A DNA stretch of 64,000 bases from Akkermansia sp. (GTDB lineage Bacteria; Verrucomicrobiota; Verrucomicrobiia; Verrucomicrobiales; Akkermansiaceae). Position numbers and translations under genes: made by a program. The DNA lies in contig JAKSOU010000004.1 in the NCBI GenBank assembly GCA_024405435.1, positions 576 through 64,575 on the forward strand, written 5' to 3'. The notes beneath the pieces were generated by a model. It did not search any database and had not been told where the DNA came from. It was given only the letters and a program-made list of their open reading frames with translations. Below are positions 57,463-64,000 of the stretch, piece by piece. Each line of letters begins with the position of its first letter. Position 1 is the first letter of the stretch.

Positions 57463-59034
57463 ATGCTGGACATCGCTGTCATAGCCGCGTACTTCTGCGC
57501 CATCTTCGGCATCGGGCTGTACGTGGGGCGCCGGCAGGACAGCCTGGAGAGCTACGCGCTGGGCAACCGCAGCCTGCCGTGGTGGGCCATCCTGGCCTCC
57601 ATCATCGCCGCGGAGATCAGCGCCGCCACCTTCCTCGGCACACCGGGCGAGGGCTTCGCCCTGCGCAACTTCACCTACGTGCAGCTCGGCATCGGCACCC
57701 TGCTGGGCCGCATCGTGGTCGGCAAGCTCTTCCTCAAGCCGTACTACCAGTACAAGGTGGTGTCCATCTACGAGTACCTGGAGAAGCGTTTCGGCGTGAC
57801 CACGCGGCGCTGGGCGAGCGTCACCTTCCTCATCAGCCGCGTGCTGGCGAGCGGCACGCGCCTGTTCTTCGCGGGCATCCTGCTGGTGCTGGCGTACATG
57901 TTCCTGGTGGGGCGGGAGTCCGCCACGCCCACAGAGACCGTGGTCATCTACATCGGCGCGCTCACCCTCATCACCGTCGCCACCGCCGTGTACACCACCC
58001 TCGGCGGACTCAAGGCCGTGGTGTGGACCGATGTGCTCCAGGCCTCCATCCTCTTCATCGCCGTCTTCACCACCATCGGCATCCTCCTCTTCAGCATCAA
58101 GGGCGGCGGCTCCTGGGGCGACGCCTGGAACACCATCTGCGCCACCCTCGGCAACACCGACTACAACCCCTGCAAGGTGGAGCACCTGCAGCCCGGAAAG
58201 GTCTTCGACTGGGGCGTGACGGGGCAGGGCTTCATCGCCGACGTGAAGAACATCCTCGGATCGGAGTACACCCTCTGGAGCGCGTTCCTCGGCGCCACCT
58301 TCCTCACCATGGCCACCCACGGAACCGACCAGGACATGGTGCAGCGCATGCTCGCTGCGCGCGACAGCAAGACCGGCACGCGCGCGGTCATCCTCTCCGG
58401 CATCCTGGACATGCCGATTGTGCTGGTGTTCCTCTCCTGCGGCATGCTGCTGTTCGTGTACTTCGCCGTGAACGGAATCGCCCCGCCGGAGAAGCAGATT
58501 GAGATTTTCCCCTACTTCATCATCCACTACCTGCCCGCGGGCGTGCGCGGCCTGCTGGTGGCCGCCCTGCTCGCCACCGCCATGGGCTCCCTCTCCACCG
58601 CCCTCAACGCACTGGCCACCACTGCCACGCGCGACTGGTACCGCGACGTCTTCCACCCCGACGCCACCGACGCCCAGATGCTGCGCGCCGTGCGCCTGCT
58701 CACCGTCGGGTTCGCGGTGCTGCTGATAGCCGTGGGCGCGGTCACCGCCTGGTACAGCGTGATGGATCCCACCGTGCGCATCCTGCCCATTGCGCTGGGC
58801 ATCTTCGGCTACACATACGGCTCCCTGCTCGGCATCTTCCTGCTCGGCATGCTCACCAAATCACGCGGCAACGACCTCGGCAACGTCCTCGCCATGCTCG
58901 CCGGATTCGCCGCCGTCATCGCCCTGGAGCTCCTTGGCCGCAACGGCATCCTCCCCCCCATCGCCTTCCCCTGGCGCGTCACCATCGGAACCGCCGTCAC
59001 CTTCCTCGTCGGCGCCTGCTTCCGCAAGAAGTGA
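57463..59034 (+). CDS. Sodium:solute symporter family protein
   Basis: YALGNRSLPWWA, SAATFLG, GGLKAVVWTD, GTDQDMVQR, MGSLSTALN. Confidence 0.92.
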   Translation: MLDIAVIAAYFCAIFGIGLYVGRRQDSLESYALGNRSLPWWAILASIIAAEISAATFLGTPGEGFALRNFTYVQLGIGTLLGRIVVGKLFLKPYYQYKVVSIYEYLEKRFGVTTRRWASVTFLISRVLASGTRLFFAGILLVLAYMFLVGRESATPTETVVIYIGALTLITVATAVYTTLGGLKAVVWTDVLQASILFIAVFTTIGILLFSIKGGGSWGDAWNTICATLGNTDYNPCKVEHLQPGKVFDWGVTGQGFIADVKNILGSEYTLWSAFLGATFLTMATHGTDQDMVQRMLAARDSKTGTRAVILSGILDMPIVLVFLSCGMLLFVYFAVNGIAPPEKQIEIFPYFIIHYLPAGVRGLLVAALLATAMGSLSTALNALATTATRDWYRDVFHPDATDAQMLRAVRLLTVGFAVLLIAVGAVTAWYSVMDPTVRILPIALGIFGYTYGSLLGIFLLGMLTKSRGNDLGNVLAMLAGFAAVIALELLGRNGILPPIAFPWRVTIGTAVTFLVGACFRKK

Positions 59035-59058
59035 CAACTAAACGGCCCGCCGCGCGGA

Positions 59059-60612
59059 TTGTATGATTTCACGCGGAATAGACTGTACAAAAGGGCGCGG
59101 TTGTGGTTGAATTCGCGCGTGAGCACGGGAGACGGCAGGGACGGCAAGGTACGCTCCGTTATACTCAAGGGAGAACTGGGCGGAAACCTCGCCGGGCTCA
59201 GCCTGCCGCGCCAGATTGTCACCATCGCCCTGTGGCCCCTGCTGGAGCAGGTCATGAGCTTCATCTGCTCCTGCAACACCGTGATCCTTTCCAACAACCT
59301 GGGCACCACGCCGGAGCAGACCACCCAGATCGCCGCCGGCATGGGCGTGGTCTCGTACGTGATGTGGATGGGCTTCCTCATGCAGGGCTCCGTGGCCATG
59401 GGCGCCACCGCCATCGTCAGCCGCATGACCGGCGCCCGCCGCTTCGGCGAGGCCAACTACGCCGCCAACCAGTCCGCCACCATGGGCCTGATGGCCGGTA
59501 TCGTCTCCGCACTGCTGATGTACTTCGCCACGGACTACCTCATCGTGGATTTCCTCGGGCTCGTGGGGTACGCGCAGGAGGTGGCCATCCGCTTCATGCG
59601 CATCGGCTGCCTTGCCGCCATCTTCTCCGGCGTGACGTTTGCCGTGAACGCGGCCCTGCGCGGCGCGGGCGACACGCGCACGCCCTTCTTCGTCATGCTG
59701 TCCATGGACGGCCTGCAGGTGGTGTTCAGCCTCATCCTCACCCAGTGTTTCGGCATGGATATCGAGGGCCTGGCGTGGGGCATGATCCTGGCGATGGCGG
59801 TCACGGCGGCGTTCCTGGTGGGGCTGCTGGTGCGGCGGACCATGCGCATCACGCGCAGTATGGGCGCCTGCACGGACCTGGACGAGTTTGCGCGCTCGGT
59901 GAGCGCCACCTTCGTGCCGCCCATCTTCCTGCGCCTCCACTCCCTCGTGCCGCAGTGGGACATGGTCTACCGCATCGTTTGCATCGGCTTCCCGCAGGCC
60001 GTGGAGGTCTGCGGCGTCTGGCTCGTGCAAATCTACGTGATGCGCATCATCTCCTCCCTGGGGGATGCAGCCGTGGGCGCCCACAACATCGCCATCCGCA
60101 TCGAGTCCCTCAGCTTCCTTCCCGGCTTCGCCGTCGGCATCGCCAGCGCAACCCTCGTCGGTCAGTACCTCGGCGCACGCAACCCCCGCATGGCCGTGGC
60201 CACCGTCTGGAAATGCACCGGCTACGCCCTCCTCTTCATGGGCCTCATGGGCGTGGTCTTCTTCGCCTTCCCGGAACTCTTCATCTACCCGTTCGCCGCC
60301 GGCTCCCAGGCCCTGGTGGACACCGCCCGCCCCGTCGTGCAGCTCTTCCTCATCGCGGAGCCCGTGTACGCCACCATGATGCTCTTCAAGACCAGCCTGC
60401 GCGGCGCTGGAGACACCCGCCGCGTCATGTACGTCACCTACACCTGCATGGGCATCTTCCGTTTCGTGGTGCTCTTCCTCTGGAACCGCTACTGCCCGGA
60501 GTCCATCACCCTCGTGGGCATCTGGAGCCTCTTCGTGCTGGATATGGCCATCCAGTCCGTCATCCTCTACCGCCTCGTCACCGGCCTCAAGTGGACCAGG
60601 AAGAAAGTCTAG
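59059..60612 (+). CDS. MATE family efflux transporter
   Basis: 12-TM pattern, LRGAGDTRTP and LRGAGDTRRV repeats, GQYLGA. Start uncertain (TTG 59059 or GTG 59119). Confidence 0.9.
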   Translation: MYDFTRNRLYKRARLWLNSRVSTGDGRDGKVRSVILKGELGGNLAGLSLPRQIVTIALWPLLEQVMSFICSCNTVILSNNLGTTPEQTTQIAAGMGVVSYVMWMGFLMQGSVAMGATAIVSRMTGARRFGEANYAANQSATMGLMAGIVSALLMYFATDYLIVDFLGLVGYAQEVAIRFMRIGCLAAIFSGVTFAVNAALRGAGDTRTPFFVMLSMDGLQVVFSLILTQCFGMDIEGLAWGMILAMAVTAAFLVGLLVRRTMRITRSMGACTDLDEFARSVSATFVPPIFLRLHSLVPQWDMVYRIVCIGFPQAVEVCGVWLVQIYVMRIISSLGDAAVGAHNIAIRIESLSFLPGFAVGIASATLVGQYLGARNPRMAVATVWKCTGYALLFMGLMGVVFFAFPELFIYPFAAGSQALVDTARPVVQLFLIAEPVYATMMLFKTSLRGAGDTRRVMYVTYTCMGIFRFVVLFLWNRYCPESITLVGIWSLFVLDMAIQSVILYRLVTGLKWTRKKV

Positions 60613-60613
60613 G

Positions 60614-60660
60614 AATTGACGATTTACAATTTACAATTGACGATTTGGGAAAGTTCGCGC
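60614..60660 (+). repeat. Heptamer array, copy 4
   Basis: AATT GACGATT TACAATT TACAATT GACGATT TGGGAAAGTTCGCGC, 1 nt after the MATE stop. Confidence 0.9.
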
Positions 60661-60684
60661 TGTAGCCTCTGGCGTATGTTTGCC

Positions 60685-60713
60685 TTGCCAAGGCCGCCGC
60701 GGGGTGATATATT
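60685..60713 (+). promoter_or_regulatory. Promoter of ddh
   Basis: TTGCCA-17-TATATT. Confidence 0.55.
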
Positions 60714-60749
60714 CGCACCCGTCGTTTATCCCTTTCACATACATACAAG

Positions 60750-61652
60750 ATGATGAACAAGATCAAAGCAGCTATCGTTGGTTACGGAAATATCGGCAAG
60801 TACGCACTGGAGGCCATTGAGGCTTCTCCCGACATGGAATGCGTGGGCATCGTGCGCCGCACGGCATCCAGGGAGGGCTATCCCGAGCTGGCCGCCTACC
60901 CCGTGGTGACCGACATTGCCGAGCTGGGCAAGGTGGATGTGGCGATTCTCGCCACGCCCACGCGCTCCTGCAGGGAACACGCCGAGAAATGCCTGGCCAT
61001 GGGCATCAACACGGTGGATTCCTTCGATATCCACACCTCCATCCTCGACTACCGCGCCGCGCTCATGCCCGTGGCCAAGGAGCACGGCACCGTGGCCATC
61101 ATTTCCGCCGGTTGGGACCCCGGCTCGGATTCCGTGGTGCGCACCCTCATGGAGAGCCTGGCACCCAAGGGGCTTTCCTACACCAATTTCGGGCCGGGCC
61201 GTTCCATGGGCCACAGCGTCTGCGTGCGATCCAAGGCGGGCGTGAAGGATGCCCTTTCCATGACGATTCCGGTGGGTGAAGGCATTCACCGCCGCATGGT
61301 GTATGTGGAGCTGGAGGAAGGGGCCGACCTCGCCGAGGTGACGGCCGCCATTAAAGAGGATCCCTACTTTGCTTCCGACGAGACGCACGTGTTTGCGGTG
61401 GACAGCGTGGATGCGCTCAACGATGTGGGCCACGGCGTGAACCTGACCCGCAAGGGCGTGAGCGGCAAGACGCACAACCAGCTTTTCGAGTTCAACATGA
61501 AGATCAACAACCCCGCCCTCACGGCGCAGGTCCTGGTCAACGTGGCCCGCGCCTCCCTCAAGCAGCAGCCCGGTTGCTACACCATGATTGAGATTCCCGT
61601 CATCGACATGCTTCCCGGTGACCGGGAAGACATTATCAAGCACCTTGTTTAG
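60750..61652 (+). CDS. ddh: meso-Diaminopimelate D-dehydrogenase
   Basis: AAIVGYGNIG, VDSFDIH, AGWDPG, FGPGRSMGHS, HRRMVYV, NPALTAQ; 300 aa. Confidence 0.93.
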   Translation: MMNKIKAAIVGYGNIGKYALEAIEASPDMECVGIVRRTASREGYPELAAYPVVTDIAELGKVDVAILATPTRSCREHAEKCLAMGINTVDSFDIHTSILDYRAALMPVAKEHGTVAIISAGWDPGSDSVVRTLMESLAPKGLSYTNFGPGRSMGHSVCVRSKAGVKDALSMTIPVGEGIHRRMVYVELEEGADLAEVTAAIKEDPYFASDETHVFAVDSVDALNDVGHGVNLTRKGVSGKTHNQLFEFNMKINNPALTAQVLVNVARASLKQQPGCYTMIEIPVIDMLPGDREDIIKHLV

Positions 61653-61668
61653 AAACAAGGTGCTTGAT
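61635..61668. repeat. Perfect 16-bp inverted repeat across the ddh stop
   Basis: ATCAAGCACCTTGTTT-AG-AAACAAGGTGCTTGAT. Confidence 0.95.
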
Positions 61669-61725
61669 GATTTACAATTTACAATTTACGATTGACGATT
61701 TGGGAATAACGGCGCCTGTCGGCGC
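61666..61725 (+). repeat. Heptamer array copy 5 plus GC hairpin
   Basis: GATGATT TACAATT TACAATT TACGATT GACGATT TGGGAATAAC G GCGCC-TGTC-GGCGC. Confidence 0.9.
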
Positions 61726-61743
61726 GGGGAGGATACACGCCAA

Positions 61744-61846
61744 CTACGGGGCTTCGGGGGGCCTGTTGTGGCGGGGGTAGCGGGAGTCGAGGTGCTTTTT
61801 CATTTTGGGGTAGCCGTTTTTCCAGAAGGAGGCTAGGTCGGAGGTG
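61744..61846 (-). pseudogene. Duplicated, diverged 3' end of hrpB
   Basis: 61765-61846 matches 61965-62046 at 75/82 nt; translates to TSDLASFWKNGYPKMKKHLDSRYPRHNRPPEAP-stop. Confidence 0.92.
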
Positions 61847-61858
61847 CTTGTCAAGCGC

Positions 61859-61935
61859 TTTCCCTCGAATTATTGCCAATTTTGCACACTTTTCCCAGTG
61901 AAAAATTGCCAAAACTGCACATTTTTCGAGGGAAA
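61859..61935. repeat. 77-bp element: 11-bp terminal inverted repeats enclosing two imperfect direct repeats
   Basis: TTTCCCTCGAA ... TTCGAGGGAAA; internal ATTGCCAA-N4-GCACA-YTTTT twice, period 33. Confidence 0.85.
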
Positions 61936-61940
61936 ATGGG

Positions 61941-64000
61941 CTAAAGCGGTGCCTCTGATGGCCAGTTGTGGCGGGGGTAGCGGCCGGCGAGGTCCTTTTT
62001 CATCTGGGGGTAGCCGTTTTTCCAGAAGGAGGCGAGGTCGGAGGTGATTTGGTAGGGGCGCTGGTTGGGGGCCAGGATTTCCACGAGGCAGGGCACGCGG
62101 TTGTCGGCGATGCGCGGGGTGTCGTGCACGCCGAAAAGGAGCTGGCACTTGAGGCCGAAGGTGGGCGTGCCGTCCTCGCGGTAGAGGAGCTTCACCTCGC
62201 GCCCGTTGGCGAGCTTGATGGCCTTGGGGGCGTACTTGTTGAGGCATTCGCGCTGCCAGGGGGAGAGCCACTCCGCGAGCACGGGCAGCACGGGGCGGGT
62301 GGCGATGTCCTTGTAGCACACGGCGCCCTCGCAAATCATGGTGATGGCCACCAGGCGGTCGTCCTCGCCGAATTCCGGCAGCTCCAGTTCCGGCATGGCG
62401 TTGCGGAGGCATGCGAGGCGGTGGATCCATTGCAGGACGTGGCCGTCCCACTGCTCCAGCTTCAAATTGCCGCGCACCACCTGGTCTGCGAGGATGGGCG
62501 CAGCGGCCTGCGGGTCGGCATCGCCCGTTTCCTTTTCCGCGAGCACCAAATCGCGGTAGAGGGTTCGGCGGATGTTGAGCACGCGCTTGCGTGCGGGGTC
62601 GTACACGGGGACGTTGTCCTGCCGCGTGGGCAGGATATCCTGCGGGATGACGGTGCAGCGGGAGAGGCGGGTCTCCACACGCTTGCCGCCGATTTCCGTG
62701 ATATCGGCGGGCAGGAAGACACTCCCGTTGGCGTGCGCGGCCACGGAGTCGGCATCGATGCTGCCGCCGCGGCCTCCGCAAATTCGCGCGGTGTTGGATG
62801 CGGTGCCGTTGCGCACGGCGAGGTTGGCGGGATAGCAGCGCAGCAGCGCGCGCGGCAACACGTCCGCCAGGTTTTCCATAAAAATCTCCTGCGGCTCGCC
62901 GTTGCCGCCGAGCTGTCGCCAGGCCTTGACGATTTCGCGTGCGGCGCGGGCCTGGATGCCAAGGCGGGTGCATTCCTGCGGTGCGAAGCTGCAGCGGGCG
63001 GCGGCCTGCACGGCGCGCCACTCCGCCTGGAAATCGCAGAAGTCGCCGCGCTCGCGCAGACTGGGATGCAGCCCGCTGGAAAGGGCAATGGATTCCCCCT
63101 GCAGCAGGGCCGCCACCGCCGCCATCTCCGGCACCAAGCGGGCATCCTCGCCCTCCACCATCAGCCGCGCCAGCACGGGCGGCAGCGGGTGCGCCAGCAT
63201 GCGCCGCCCCAGCTCCGTGAGCCCTTTTTCATCCGCCGCCTCCAAGTCCAGCAGCAACTGCCACGCGCGCTCGGTCTCGGTTTCCGTGGGGGCGTCCGGC
63301 CAAGGGAATTTTTTAATATCATCCAGCGATTTGCAGCCCCAGGCCAGCAGGTTGAGGAAGGCCATGGAGATGTCCGCGCGGTGGACCTCCGGCGAGGGGA
63401 ACGGCGCGCGGCGGCGCTGGTCGGCCTCGCTCCACAGGCGGATGCAGCGGCCGGGGCCCAGACGCCCTGCGCGGCCGGTGCGCTGATCCGCCTGGGCTTG
63501 GGAGATGGGGACGATGTGCAGGGTGGAGAGCCCGCGGTGGGGCTCCCAGCGGGCCTCGCGCACGGTTCCGGCATCCACCACGGAGCGGACGCCCTCGATG
63601 GTGAGCGAGGTTTCCGCGATGTTGGTGGAAACGATGACGCGCGGGCGCTCGCCGCACTCCACGGCGCGGTTCTGGGCCTCCGGCGGCAGCGCGCCGTGCA
63701 GCGGGAACACATCGCGCCCCTTCATCCAGGAAACATTCTCCAGCAGCTCCACCGTGCGGCGGATTTCATACGCGCCCGGCAGGAACACCAGGATGTCCCC
63801 GCAGTCGTCGTGCGCCAGCAGATCCTTCACCGCGGCGGCGCACTGGTCCCACACCGGGGGCGGGGCGAGGTGGCCGAAGCGGTCGCGCACAGCCACGGGC
63901 TGGCGGTAGGCCACCTCCACGGGGAAGAGACGGCCCTCCGCGCGCAGCACCTGCGCCTGTGGCAGGTAGCCCTGCAGCTTGTCCAGCTCCAGCGTGGCGG
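61941..64000 (-). CDS. hrpB: ATP-dependent RNA helicase HrpB (5' truncated by window edge)
   Basis: ATL (motif III), LVFLPGAYEI, STNIAETSLTIEGV, QRTGRAGR, C-terminal EILAPNQRPYQIT.DL.SFW..GY...KKDL.GRYPRH.WP. Confidence 0.96.
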   Translation of the reverse strand, partial: ATLELDKLQGYLPQAQVLRAEGRLFPVEVAYRQPVAVRDRFGHLAPPPVWDQCAAAVKDLLAHDDCGDILVFLPGAYEIRRTVELLENVSWMKGRDVFPLHGALPPEAQNRAVECGERPRVIVSTNIAETSLTIEGVRSVVDAGTVREARWEPHRGLSTLHIVPISQAQADQRTGRAGRLGPGRCIRLWSEADQRRRAPFPSPEVHRADISMAFLNLLAWGCKSLDDIKKFPWPDAPTETETERAWQLLLDLEAADEKGLTELGRRMLAHPLPPVLARLMVEGEDARLVPEMAAVAALLQGESIALSSGLHPSLRERGDFCDFQAEWRAVQAAARCSFAPQECTRLGIQARAAREIVKAWRQLGGNGEPQEIFMENLADVLPRALLRCYPANLAVRNGTASNTARICGGRGGSIDADSVAAHANGSVFLPADITEIGGKRVETRLSRCTVIPQDILPTRQDNVPVYDPARKRVLNIRRTLYRDLVLAEKETGDADPQAAAPILADQVVRGNLKLEQWDGHVLQWIHRLACLRNAMPELELPEFGEDDRLVAITMICEGAVCYKDIATRPVLPVLAEWLSPWQRECLNKYAPKAIKLANGREVKLLYREDGTPTFGLKCQLLFGVHDTPRIADNRVPCLVEILAPNQRPYQITSDLASFWKNGYPQMKKDLAGRYPRHNWPSEAPL

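Noticed and set aside
61679-61912. 77-aa minus-strand ORF and the overlapping 61870..63021 ORF
   Set aside because: Out-of-frame readings of the hrpB duplication and repeats.
61859-61935. CRISPR array or tRNA in the ddh-hrpB spacer
   Set aside because: Only two imperfect repeats with an 11-nt spacer, no cas genes, and no cloverleaf, T-loop or CCA.

Overview
This is a GC-rich, gene-dense chromosomal segment. The gene content (TPR-secretin, GH29 fucosidase, LpxC-FabZ fusion, DUF2851, Gld-like ABC module) suggests Verrucomicrobiota, probably Akkermansiaceae; that assignment is inference only. Most genes are housekeeping: rpoD (5' truncated), folD, purE-pyrR-pyrB-pyrC-like, lysS, lpxC/fabZ, nrdR, aroD, rnpB, dxr, argG, tsaB, prmA, galE, tal, pyrG, ddh and hrpB (5' truncated). 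Accessory parts are a hipBA toxin-antitoxin module, a lower-GC glycosyltransferase cluster, tandem DUF3089 hydrolases, and a two-gene unit. That unit pairs a small lipoprotein-like protein carrying five [PQ]-Q-x-[VL]-x-G-[KSR] motifs with a radical SAM/SPASM enzyme, and is the best candidate for an undescribed peptide/protein-modification system. Non-coding structure not explained by the genes includes an oriented family of heptamer-array plus hairpin elements at gene 3' ends, AGGATT arrays bracketing pyrR and the rSAM gene, three operator-like copies around hipBA, a duplicated hrpB 3' end enclosing a 77-bp IR/DR element, and many sigma70-like promoters only 6-14 nt from start codons. I saw no tRNA, rRNA, CRISPR array, transposase or integrase. 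All calls come from motif reading by eye; no database searches were run.
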